Source: Clostridia bacterium
Lineage (GTDB): Bacteria; Bacillota; Clostridia; Oscillospirales; CAG-382
Reading direction: 5' to 3'
NCBI GenBank assembly: GCA_017629895.1
Contig: JAGBWF010000051.1
Location: 1-32,093, forward strand
Length of the DNA stretch: 32,093 bases
In this document: positions 23,330 to 31,907 of the stretch, one piece after another
Position numbering within the stretch: the first letter of the stretch is position 1
Layout: each line of letters begins with the position of its first letter
The notes under the pieces: model-generated
What the model was told of the DNA's origin: nothing
Seen by the model: the letters and a program-made list of their open reading frames with translations, nothing else
Database searches by the model: none
Program-made: the position numbers and the translations under genes

Positions 23330-25657
23330 ATGACTTCACGAATCAGCCGTGCAATTTCTGTGTTGCTGTGCTTTGCACTTATGGCATCGGCATGCGTATT
23401 TTGCGCTCCGACGCTCGAAGCAAGCGCGGCAAGCTACAGAACAGCCTCTAACAGCGCGCACTCCTCTTATCTCGGAAGTAAATATTATCAGCACTATTCG
23501 AACCTTGAGATCACCGGCGACGGAAGAACCGACGTGGTTGCCGTTGCTCTTTCTCAGCTCGGATATCAGGAAAGCCCCACCGCATACGATTTCGACGGTA
23601 TCGGCGGCGGTAGCGGCAACAACACCGAATTCAACTATAATATGGGCGATTTCGGCGTCGGCTACGGCGGCTCGAACTACGACTGGTGTGCATCCTTCGT
23701 CGCTTGGGCGCTTTATCAGTCCTATTGCACCGATCAAAAATCGATGAGCGACTGGTGCAGAAAGCACGACGGCATCAACGGCACCTACGATAAGTCTTAC
23801 GTATGGCGCGAGGTAGGCTGCGGCCATTGGGCAAATCAGCTTCGCCGTTCGGGTTATTTCGAACGCTCCTACGCATACAACGGTAACACCTATAAGCCCC
23901 AATCGGGCGACCTTATCTTCTTCTGCTGGGACGGCCCCACGGGCAGTGAGGACCATATCGGCATCGTTGTCTATTCCGATGACAGCTACGTTTATACCGT
24001 AGAGGGAAACACCGCGAACTATAACGGTCTCGAGGATGACGGAGGCGGTGTATATTTCAAGCGTTACGCGCTTACCTACAGCTACATAACAGGCTATGGC
24101 GTGTTGCCCTATAAGACCAATCCCAACGTGGAAAAGATCGATTACAGCGGCGCAAATCCCACACCGGGCGAATATATCTGCAACGAATCGAAGGCTATCT
24201 ACGAAAACGAAACCACCGCGTCCGCAAGCTATTATTCCGAACGCTTTACTACCTTTCAGGTTATCGGAATTGCGGGCAACGGCAGATTGCGCGTAAGAGG
24301 AATCAAGACCACCACCGGCGCGGTTGTAGACGGTTATATCAATAACGACAGCGCTCGCGTTCTTCAGCTTTCCTCCGCTCCCTATTCTGCATCCGACCGT
24401 CTTGCCGCGGCTATCGATAAGGCTCGCTCTGCGCGCTACGACAGATATACCGACGAGGATCTTGCGGCATTGAGAATTGCCTATGAAGAAGCGTTGGAGA
24501 CCGCAAATCTCGAAAACGCAACCGAGGCACAGCAGCTCTCTGCTGCCGAAAAGCTCGAAAACGCTGTCGGAAGCACGGTTAAGAGCAAGGAAGAAATAGC
24601 TTCCCTCGGCAAGACCTATACCGCCCCCGCAAGCGGCAGAACCGATAGCTTCGTCGATAACGGCACCCGCCTTACCGACGGCAAAAAAACCGATACCGAC
24701 GGCGGCAAGGATACCTTCGCGGGCTTCAACACAAAAGCTCCGATCGATATCGTTATCGACCTCGGAAGCGGTGCAAAAACGAATATTTACCGCGCGTATA
24801 CCGCCAAAAGAAGCGATTGGGGTATCGCAGTACCCGAAAAAATTGCCGTTTCGGTTTCGAAGGACGGCAAGAGTTATACCGAAATCGGCACGACCGACGT
24901 GAAGATAGCAACCTATACCAGCGAAAACTGGAATATGTATACCTTCGAGCTTGAATCGGATACCGTCCGCACCGAGCGTTACGTCAAGTTTACCGTAACG
25001 CAGGGCAGTAACCATATATGGCTTCAGGAGCTTGAGGCGGTATATTCTCCCGAGGCATCGGACGGCAAGGTCTACGTTTCGGGCATCAACACCCGTATCA
25101 ATGCGGGCGATACCGTTATCTTTACCTCGGACCTCGGCAAAGTGAGCGCTTCGGAATATAATTTCCGCTATACCAGAAACGTTGTGGCGGCTTGGAACGG
25201 AAGCGCGTATATTGTTAAATCGATAACCACGGGCAGCGGAGACAATACCCCCGATATCACTCTCGGGGACGGCGAGATTCTTATCGCCTCGCACGATTGG
25301 GAAATCGGCGCCGAGAACCCCGTTGTCGGCTCCCACGCGAACTTCCTGCGTCTTTCTCAGGCAAAGGTGGGCGACGAGCTTTCGTTTGTCGGTATCGACC
25401 TCGAGAAAAAGACTCTTGCGGCGGCGCCCGTTATTCTGCTCCCCGAGTATGAAGCGGATTTCATTCTCGGCGACGTGAATAACGACGGCGAGATAAATCA
25501 GTACGATTACCTTCTTATCAAGCGTCAGCACTTCGGAACCCGTCTGCTTACCGACGACGAGACCTCCCGCGCCGACGTAAACCGCGACGGTAAGGTCGAT
25601 CAGTACGATTACCTCCTCATCGCAAGACACTATTTCGGCACCTATGTGATCGTATAA
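23330..25657 (+). CDS. Secreted CHAP-domain amidase/peptidase with FIVAR-like, discoidin/F5-8C (CBM32-like), uncharacterised and dockerin domains
   Basis: VALSQLGYQE...DWCASFVAW...PQSGDLIFF...DHIGIV...VYTVEGN; RLTDG...IVIDLG...RYVKF; dockerin GDVNNDGEINQYDYLLIKR...DVNRDGKVDQYDYLLIAR. Confidence 0.88.
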   Translation: MTSRISRAISVLLCFALMASACVFCAPTLEASAASYRTASNSAHSSYLGSKYYQHYSNLEITGDGRTDVVAVALSQLGYQESPTAYDFDGIGGGSGNNTEFNYNMGDFGVGYGGSNYDWCASFVAWALYQSYCTDQKSMSDWCRKHDGINGTYDKSYVWREVGCGHWANQLRRSGYFERSYAYNGNTYKPQSGDLIFFCWDGPTGSEDHIGIVVYSDDSYVYTVEGNTANYNGLEDDGGGVYFKRYALTYSYITGYGVLPYKTNPNVEKIDYSGANPTPGEYICNESKAIYENETTASASYYSERFTTFQVIGIAGNGRLRVRGIKTTTGAVVDGYINNDSARVLQLSSAPYSASDRLAAAIDKARSARYDRYTDEDLAALRIAYEEALETANLENATEAQQLSAAEKLENAVGSTVKSKEEIASLGKTYTAPASGRTDSFVDNGTRLTDGKKTDTDGGKDTFAGFNTKAPIDIVIDLGSGAKTNIYRAYTAKRSDWGIAVPEKIAVSVSKDGKSYTEIGTTDVKIATYTSENWNMYTFELESDTVRTERYVKFTVTQGSNHIWLQELEAVYSPEASDGKVYVSGINTRINAGDTVIFTSDLGKVSASEYNFRYTRNVVAAWNGSAYIVKSITTGSGDNTPDITLGDGEILIASHDWEIGAENPVVGSHANFLRLSQAKVGDELSFVGIDLEKKTLAAAPVILLPEYEADFILGDVNNDGEINQYDYLLIKRQHFGTRLLTDDETSRADVNRDGKVDQYDYLLIARHYFGTYVIV

Positions 25658-25670
25658 GCTTAATAAACAA

Positions 25671-25710
25671 CAACACCGTCGAGGCATCTCGGCGGTGTTG
25701 CTTTCGTTTT
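25671..25710. terminator. Bidirectional terminator between convergent genes
   Basis: CAACACCGTCGAG / CTCGGCGGTGTTG stem. Confidence 0.75.
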
Positions 25711-26438
25711 TACGGGAGCTCGGGTTCGGGGTCGATTTGGGTGCCGTTTACCGTCATTTCGAAATGAAGGTGCGACGGGTCGAGAGCCTCGGAGCGCGCA
25801 GAGCTGCCGACGACTCCGATAACCTCCCCTGCGAGCACCTCCGCGCCGACGGAAATACCCTCGGCGAGCTCGGGAGCGAGGTTCATATAATAGGTTACAA
25901 CGCCTTTATCGTGGGTGATCGCTACGGTAACGCCGTCGAAATAGTCTTCTTTAACCGAGGAAACGGTGCCGTCGGTAAAGGCGTGCACCTCGCTGCCGCT
26001 CGCGGCGGCGATATCGATACCGCCGTGAACGCGGTAATCCTTCATCGTTTCGGAATAAACGAGCTTATCGAGGCTGTGGGATTTAATGATTTCGCCTTCG
26101 ACGGGACGGTAAAACATAACGCGCGGAGTGTCGGGAACGCTGACCTCCGCATCGACGCCGCTTTGCTCGTTACCCACGGGCAGATCGCTCGTTTCGGGCT
26201 CGGTTACGGGCTTATCGGGAGTCGGGTTATCGGGAGTGAAATCGATTTCGGGTATCGAAATCTCGGGAAGCGAGGTATCGTAATCATAGGAAATGCTGAA
26301 TATACCAACGGTTGCGACGATAACTACGGTTATCGCAAGTCCGAGATATATAAACGCAGAGAATTTAGCGATCCTTTTTGCAAAGGGCTCGCGTTCTTTT
26401 TCGGATAAATTATCCTTGTTTTCGTAATTGTCGTTCAT
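25710..26438 (-). CDS. spoIIQ: SpoIIQ-like M23/LytM peptidase, single N-terminal TM
   Basis: Start ATG 26438; TM, P/T/E linker, YSETMKDYRVHGGIDI (HxxxD), HLHFE (HxH); lies directly downstream of spoIID. Confidence 0.78.
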   Translation of the reverse strand: MNDNYENKDNLSEKEREPFAKRIAKFSAFIYLGLAITVVIVATVGIFSISYDYDTSLPEISIPEIDFTPDNPTPDKPVTEPETSDLPVGNEQSGVDAEVSVPDTPRVMFYRPVEGEIIKSHSLDKLVYSETMKDYRVHGGIDIAAASGSEVHAFTDGTVSSVKEDYFDGVTVAITHDKGVVTYYMNLAPELAEGISVGAEVLAGEVIGVVGSSARSEALDPSHLHFEMTVNGTQIDPEPELP

Positions 26439-26468
26439 TGGAAACCCCCAAAAGTGTTTTGTCGTTTG

Positions 26469-26498
26469 TATTGTTCGCACTTTTTGGGGTTATTATTC
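26469..26498 (-). promoter_or_regulatory. Putative sigmaF promoter of spoIIQ
   Basis: Minus strand GAATA, 15 nt, GCGAACAATA, close to the sigmaF consensus G(Y/A)ATA-N15-GGnnAnAnTA. Confidence 0.55.
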
Positions 26499-27345
26499 AA
26501 TTATTGTAAATTTTGTCTGCCGACAGATTCGGAAAATATTTCAAAAGAATATCTTTGTATCCGAATCCGCTTTTTGCCATCCTGTCGGATGCGCATATAT
26601 CGAGTCCGCAGCCGTGTCCGAGCCCGCGGCAGTGAAATACCGCCGTTTCGTCGAGGATTTCAAGCGAAAATTCGTACGAAGGGAGCGAAAAGCGCGTTAC
26701 AAGCTCGTCGGCGGAGAGCATTTTGTTCTGCGCGATGCCGAATTCGCATTTTTCGTTTTCGCCGTACACAAGGCAGAGCTCGTCGTTCGTTGTGAAAAAC
26801 AGGTCGGAATCTGTGGGGAGCTCGACCGTCGAAGTGTGTGAAGAGCACCTTTCGGCGCTTGCAACCGGCGACAGATAGGGAAATTCGGCGCAATACCTCG
26901 TGCCCGAGCCGGCGCAGGCTGTGAAAAGCGCCATTGCGGGCATTCCGTCGAGCGTGAGGATTTCTCCCTTCGTGGCATCGAGCGCGTTTTTCAGCCTTGC
27001 GAGATATGCGCCGTCGGTTTTTTGCGGATCGCCGAGCGAAAAGCAGCAATCCCCGCTTGTGCAGACGTCGAAGCTCTCGTGCTTCAGACCGTACAACGAA
27101 AAATACGCGGCACAGGAGCGCACGGCAACGGCGAGCGCATATAAAGCCTGCTCGCTTTGGCAGTCCTTCGCCTCGGAAATAAGCACGCGCAGGGTGTATT
27201 CCTCGATATCGATCTCATATACCTCGGCGCCGCCCGAAACGAAAAGCGACATACCGCCCGCCCCCGCAACGCTCTTTTTCGCGGCGATGGGCAAAACGGC
27301 GGTGAGCACTGCCACCAAAACAAAAAACCAACCGAAACGCTTCAT
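26497..27345 (-). CDS. spoIID: Stage II sporulation protein D-like (divergent)
   Basis: IEEYTLRVLISEA...ALAVAVRS, KHESFDVCTSGDCC, ATKGEIL, FPYLSPV, GLGHGCG...YKDILLKYFP; spoIID-spoIIQ synteny. Confidence 0.8.
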   Translation of the reverse strand: MKRFGWFFVLVAVLTAVLPIAAKKSVAGAGGMSLFVSGGAEVYEIDIEEYTLRVLISEAKDCQSEQALYALAVAVRSCAAYFSLYGLKHESFDVCTSGDCCFSLGDPQKTDGAYLARLKNALDATKGEILTLDGMPAMALFTACAGSGTRYCAEFPYLSPVASAERCSSHTSTVELPTDSDLFFTTNDELCLVYGENEKCEFGIAQNKMLSADELVTRFSLPSYEFSLEILDETAVFHCRGLGHGCGLDICASDRMAKSGFGYKDILLKYFPNLSADKIYNN

Positions 27346-27378
27346 ACAAAAACTCCCTTTGAAAAATCCTTTTTGTAT

Positions 27379-27408
27379 AAGTATACGGTTGGCTTTTTAA
27401 TTTTAGAA
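27379..27408 (-). promoter_or_regulatory. Putative sigmaE promoter of spoIID
   Basis: Minus strand TTCTAAA, 14 nt, CGTATACT, resembling the sigmaE -10 CATAcanT. Confidence 0.45.
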
Positions 27409-28575
27409 ATAACTTACCTTTATATGCTTGCCCATTTTTTTCAGGCACTCGGAGAGCTCCTTGACAAGATTCATCTTGATGCTGAAATTAATGGGAAGGT
27501 CGGGGTTCTGGTGGGCGGGGTTTATCGCTCTGCCGACGTAGAAGTTGATATCGGTCGCTTCCTCGAACAGCATTCTTGCGATAAGCGATGCGCCGTCGCG
27601 CTTGAAGCCCCAATGCTCGTAGGTCTTGTTGTCCTCGAGATAGTCGCGGGCGTAGGTGAGCACCTTGTTAACGGTTATAACGCCCTCGGTAACGAGATCA
27701 ACACCCTCGATGAATGAGATCGGGGGGATATCGGGCGCTTCGAAGCTCAGGCTTGTTTTTATCGGCTTGCGCAGATATTTCGCCGCGATAGAGGAGGTCG
27801 TACCGCCGCAAATGATGTGCTTGCCTGCCTTCGAGAAGAAGAGCGACATCATTCTGTCGCAATCGTCGCGGTTTGCGGGGGGACCGAAGAGAAGGTTCAT
27901 CGGCACGCGCTTGCGTATGCGAACGACGCAGGCGGTGGTGTCGTCATAGGGCTCGCCGCCGTAGAGCTTGTTACATTCATCGACAAGAATTGTCGAAAGG
28001 GTTTTTGCGGTAAAGCCGGCGCAGGAAACCGTTTCCATAAATTCGGCGATGTTTTCGCGCTTCCAGCCGAAATTATAGGTAAGTCCGGTTCCGGCGTGGG
28101 GACAGCCGTCGCTCATTGCGATAAAAATATCGTCCTCGCGAAGCTTTATCGACGAGCGGTATATTTTTTTACCGCCGATAATCGTTTCGGTCATGGGATA
28201 TTCGGTGTTTTTGCCGTCGCGCAGGAAGATAATATGCGGATTATCGTACTGAATAAGCTCCGCCGTTTCGTTGTTGATTATATGAATAATGGTAAAGGTA
28301 GAATAAGCCACCTTGCGCACCGAGCAAACGGGCAGAGTTGCCGCGATGGTTTCGACACATTCCTCGATAGGCAGACCCTCCGCCATCATCGTCGAGATGA
28401 TTTTCGAGGTGAGGGTGGAAAGTATGCTCGCCTTAACGCCGCTTCCCAAGCCGTCGGTAAGCACGATAACCGTGGAATTATCGTCCTTTTCGACAACGTC
28501 CACGTGGTCGCCGCACAGCTGTTCGCCGAAGTGATTATAGCTTTTATATCCGATATCGGCACAAAGATCGTTCAT
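27403..28575 (-). CDS. SpoIIE/PP2C-family Ser/Thr phosphatase (HfsC-like)
   Basis: EQLCGD, VLTDGLGSGVKA, YSTFT, MSDG, DDTT, plus C-terminal CGGTT...VTEGV...GRAINPAH; SD AGGAG; own promoter TTGAAA-17-TAAAAT on the minus strand at about 28635-28607. Confidence 0.88.
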   Translation of the reverse strand: MNDLCADIGYKSYNHFGEQLCGDHVDVVEKDDNSTVIVLTDGLGSGVKASILSTLTSKIISTMMAEGLPIEECVETIAATLPVCSVRKVAYSTFTIIHIINNETAELIQYDNPHIIFLRDGKNTEYPMTETIIGGKKIYRSSIKLREDDIFIAMSDGCPHAGTGLTYNFGWKRENIAEFMETVSCAGFTAKTLSTILVDECNKLYGGEPYDDTTACVVRIRKRVPMNLLFGPPANRDDCDRMMSLFFSKAGKHIICGGTTSSIAAKYLRKPIKTSLSFEAPDIPPISFIEGVDLVTEGVITVNKVLTYARDYLEDNKTYEHWGFKRDGASLIARMLFEEATDINFYVGRAINPAHQNPDLPINFSIKMNLVKELSECLKKMGKHIKVSYF

Positions 28576-28678
28576 TATTTTCGCTCCTGATGTTTTGCGT
28601 TCGATTTATTTTATCAAATTGCAAGGCTTATTTCAAGAGGTTTAAACAAAAAATATCACCCCTAAAAGCCCGAACGTG

Positions 28679-28707
28679 TTGCAAAAAGGATGCATGCGTG
28701 ATATAAT
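28679..28707 (+). promoter_or_regulatory. sigmaA promoter
   Basis: TTGCAA, 17 nt, TATAAT with a TG extension. Confidence 0.7.
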
Positions 28708-28738
28708 TACGGAACAACACAACGCAAAGGAGTTTATT

Positions 28739-31324
28739 ATGAAAAAATTGATCGCGCTTATGCTTTTACTTGCATTTATGCTTTCGCTTGCCTCCTGCGG
28801 AGAGGGCGGAGAGCAAAGCGTTTCCGAAAGCGAGGCATCATTTGAGGAATCCGAGCCTTTTGTGCTCAGTACGGATATCAAAAAGATCGATTCCTTTATG
28901 AAAACCGATATAGACAGAAGCTTAAAGGTCAAGAACCTGTTTTATAACAAACAGTACTCTACCAGTCGCACTCCCGACGATAAATATCCCGACGGCGGCG
29001 GAAAGCTTACCGACGGGGACACGATGGACCTGATCTACGGCAGTAATACGCACACCGGATTTAGCGGTGCACGCCCGGTTGCGATAAATTTTGATCTCGG
29101 AGAGGGGAGCGAGCACAATCTTGCCGATATCTCGGTCAGCGCAAGCAAGATCAAGGATTACGGCATCGGTCTTCCGAGATACGTTACCGTTTCGGCATCC
29201 GATAACGGAAACAGATATACCGAGCTCGGCAGAATAGATACCCCTGCGGATATCGCCGACACCGCGAACTACGTATATTATTTCGCATTTCCGAAGGCGG
29301 TAACCGCGAGATATATCCGCGTTACTCTTTCCGCGCCCGACGGAAGCCTTATGCTTCTCGATGAGATATGCGGCTTTGAATATTGCGAGGACGGTCAATA
29401 TTACAATACCCTCGGCAACAAATACGATCAGTATCTCACAATCGAGGATTATTACGGCTACGAGCTCAATCTCGGCGAAAGCAAGGTTAAAATCAGCGAA
29501 AGCGACGCCGACTATAACGAGCTTCGCAACCTCGCAACGCTCGAGGGCGTCGAGTTCGATATTCAGCACTTCGAGGGCTTTTTCGAGGGGCACACCAACA
29601 GCGGCATGGACGAAATCGGTAAGCTTACCGACGGCAAGCTTCATTACGGAGATATCGAAAACGGCTATTTCCGCTGCTATCGCGGCGCGGGCAGACACAT
29701 CGTTGCCGACCTCGGTCATATAATGTCGGTTTCGGGCTGTACCGTCAGCTTTCAGGACAGAGAGTCCTGGGGTATTACGACGCCTCCCGTTTATTATATC
29801 AGCGTGAGCGAAAACGGAGAGGACTGGGTTACCGTTTTTGCAGAGCATAACTCCGATTACGGTATGAATAAGCCGAGATTCAACGATACGAGAAATATTT
29901 CCTTTAAGGACGAATACCGCGCAAGATACGTAAGACTTACCTTCGCCACCGTTCCCGACAGCGAGGTTTCCTGTCAGGTATATATAGGCGAGTTCGAAAT
30001 TCTCGGCAGAAAGAACGCGGCAAACGCAAAGCCCGCTGTCGAAAACCGCGATACCCCCTACGGCAGATATCCCGATGCGGAGGAGCTCGGTATCGGCGAC
30101 ATTCTTTGGGCGGGTATTTCGGATACGGTAGGAGTTCACAGCAGTGATTACCACGTTATCACCGAGCAGACCGCTTATGATTATATGGTTTCGACCGAGG
30201 CGACAGGCAAGGAGCTGTTGTTCGACTCCTTTGCGTTCACCACGCGCGGCAGTATTTCCTGGCACGCCGAAAGAAACGAGGGCTACTCCTGGTTCCTCGA
30301 TGAGCTTTTCTATGAGGGCTTGAATATCGACGCGGTCGAAAAAGCCTACGGCAGAGTTAAGCAGGAATTCGGTCTCACCGAAAAAATGCCCGTCTGGATA
30401 TCGGTAAACTGCCCGATAATCGGCGATATCTTCAACGGCAAGGAGATAAAGACCGCCGAGGACTATATCGAATGTCTTAAATGGCAGGTGGATGAGGCTA
30501 CCGCCCGATTTAATGCCAAAGGATATCAAAACATCTATCTTATGGGCTTTTATTGGCAGGTCGAAAACCTCCGCCCGAACCATTGGTCGCCCGACCCCGC
30601 GCACGATACCGAGGCGTTGATAGCATTTAACGAATATATTCATTCCAAGGGCTATAAAACCGTCTGGGCGCCCTATTATTCCTATCTGCAGGGTATATGG
30701 AACAGCCATTACTACGGCATCGATATCACCTGCTGGCAGCCGAACTACGTTTTCAGTCCTGCCGAGCACTACCGTCTCGATGCGATAGCCGAGCTTGCAA
30801 AGCTTTACGGCGTAAGCGTTGAAATCGAAATCGAGCCCAACCGTCAGAGTGAAGAATCGCTCGAAAGATACCGCACCTATCTTGCGGCAGGCGTTAAATA
30901 CGGCTTTATCGATTCGGTAAATACCTATTATCAGGGCGCGGTTCCCGGTGCCTACGTCGTTTACCGCGACAGCGAGGACGAAATAACCAAGGCTATCTAC
31001 GAGGAATCGGTGCTTTATATTCAGAATAAGCTCGATTACGACCCGAGAGAGAAGGAGCCCGCAGACCTTTCGGTTTATACCGATAAGACGGCAACCGTTA
31101 AGCACGGCGAAAAGGTGAGCATTTCGCTCGGCTCGCTCGAGGGCGCGAAATACCGCTTCGCACAGACCTCTGTCTACGGCAGAGTCGAGCTTTGCAGGGA
31201 CGGTACCTTTAAATATACCGCAATGAAGAATTTTGCGGGCGAGGACGTCGTTAAGATCGATATTTACAACGGCGAGGGCGAGATAAAAACCGTAACGGTT
31301 ACTATCACCGTTACCGAAGAGTAA
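28739..31324 (+). CDS. Lipoprotein with two discoidin/F5-8C domains, a DUF4855-like domain and a C-terminal cadherin/Ig-like domain
   Basis: Start ATG 28739 (SD AAGGAG); lipobox LASC; two KLTDG...DLG...ARY(I/V)R units; LMGFYW, WAPYY, WQPNY, GVSVEIE, YYQG; GTFKYT...FAGED. Confidence 0.82.
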   Translation: MKKLIALMLLLAFMLSLASCGEGGEQSVSESEASFEESEPFVLSTDIKKIDSFMKTDIDRSLKVKNLFYNKQYSTSRTPDDKYPDGGGKLTDGDTMDLIYGSNTHTGFSGARPVAINFDLGEGSEHNLADISVSASKIKDYGIGLPRYVTVSASDNGNRYTELGRIDTPADIADTANYVYYFAFPKAVTARYIRVTLSAPDGSLMLLDEICGFEYCEDGQYYNTLGNKYDQYLTIEDYYGYELNLGESKVKISESDADYNELRNLATLEGVEFDIQHFEGFFEGHTNSGMDEIGKLTDGKLHYGDIENGYFRCYRGAGRHIVADLGHIMSVSGCTVSFQDRESWGITTPPVYYISVSENGEDWVTVFAEHNSDYGMNKPRFNDTRNISFKDEYRARYVRLTFATVPDSEVSCQVYIGEFEILGRKNAANAKPAVENRDTPYGRYPDAEELGIGDILWAGISDTVGVHSSDYHVITEQTAYDYMVSTEATGKELLFDSFAFTTRGSISWHAERNEGYSWFLDELFYEGLNIDAVEKAYGRVKQEFGLTEKMPVWISVNCPIIGDIFNGKEIKTAEDYIECLKWQVDEATARFNAKGYQNIYLMGFYWQVENLRPNHWSPDPAHDTEALIAFNEYIHSKGYKTVWAPYYSYLQGIWNSHYYGIDITCWQPNYVFSPAEHYRLDAIAELAKLYGVSVEIEIEPNRQSEESLERYRTYLAAGVKYGFIDSVNTYYQGAVPGAYVVYRDSEDEITKAIYEESVLYIQNKLDYDPREKEPADLSVYTDKTATVKHGEKVSISLGSLEGAKYRFAQTSVYGRVELCRDGTFKYTAMKNFAGEDVVKIDIYNGEGEIKTVTVTITVTEE

Positions 31325-31327
31325 AAT

Positions 31328-31355
31328 AAAAAAGGACGAGCAATCGTCCTTTTTT
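31328..31355. terminator. Bidirectional terminator
   Basis: AAAAAAGGACGA-GCAA-TCGTCCTTTTTT. Confidence 0.85.
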
Positions 31356-31367
31356 GTTTGAGCGTTT

Positions 31368-31907
31368 TTAGTTGTTCTTTGCCTTGCCGATAGCAGCCTT
31401 AACGTAGCCGAACGCGCCGACAACGCAGAAGATCAAGCCGATACCGAGGTCTTTGAGATATGCGATTGCGATTTCGGTATCTTCAACGAGGAAGAGATAG
31501 CCTGCACGCACAGATTCGGCAAAGGTAAGCGTGAAATCGACCTCGCCGTTTGCAAACCAATCCTGATAAGCGTTGTAAACGTCATAGGAAAGGCAGAGAT
31601 ACCAAGCGGCAACGATAACCAGGAAGGCAAGAACGGTCGAAATGATAACGCCCTTAACGCTTTCGCGCTTGCCGAAGATAGCATAGCCCTTAATCGCACA
31701 GACAACGCCGATGATACCGCTGATTGCGGCAAGGAAGCCGATCTGATAAAGCAAAAACCAAACGATGCCGCCCGCGAGCGAGAAGAGAAGCGCGCCGACT
31801 ATACCTGCAAGAACATTTTCCTCTTTGGGCGCAATAGGCTGTACGGGAGGTGCCTGCGTAGCGTCGGGGTTGTTATCGGTGAATTCGGGTTCAAAGTTTT
31901 CGTTCAT
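31368..31907 (-). CDS. Hypothetical membrane protein (about 4 TMs)
   Basis: SD GGAGG; ENVLAGIVGALLFSLAGG; minus-strand promoter TTGACA-17-TATAAT at 32054-32026. Confidence 0.8.
   Translation of the reverse strand: MNENFEPEFTDNNPDATQAPPVQPIAPKEENVLAGIVGALLFSLAGGIVWFLLYQIGFLAAISGIIGVVCAIKGYAIFGKRESVKGVIISTVLAFLVIVAAWYLCLSYDVYNAYQDWFANGEVDFTLTFAESVRAGYLFLVEDTEIAIAYLKDLGIGLIFCVVGAFGYVKAAIGKAKNN

Noticed and set aside
23336-25687. 783-aa antisense ORF (likewise 28922-31423, 13275-14774, 16418-17539, 7459-8721, 4230-5390)
   Set aside because: These are shadow frames opposite well-supported genes, expected from codon bias; they have no motifs or convincing SD.
27403-28575. True sporulation phosphatase SpoIIE
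   Set aside because: It lacks the multi-TM N-terminal region and is about half the expected size; only the PP2C domain family is shared.
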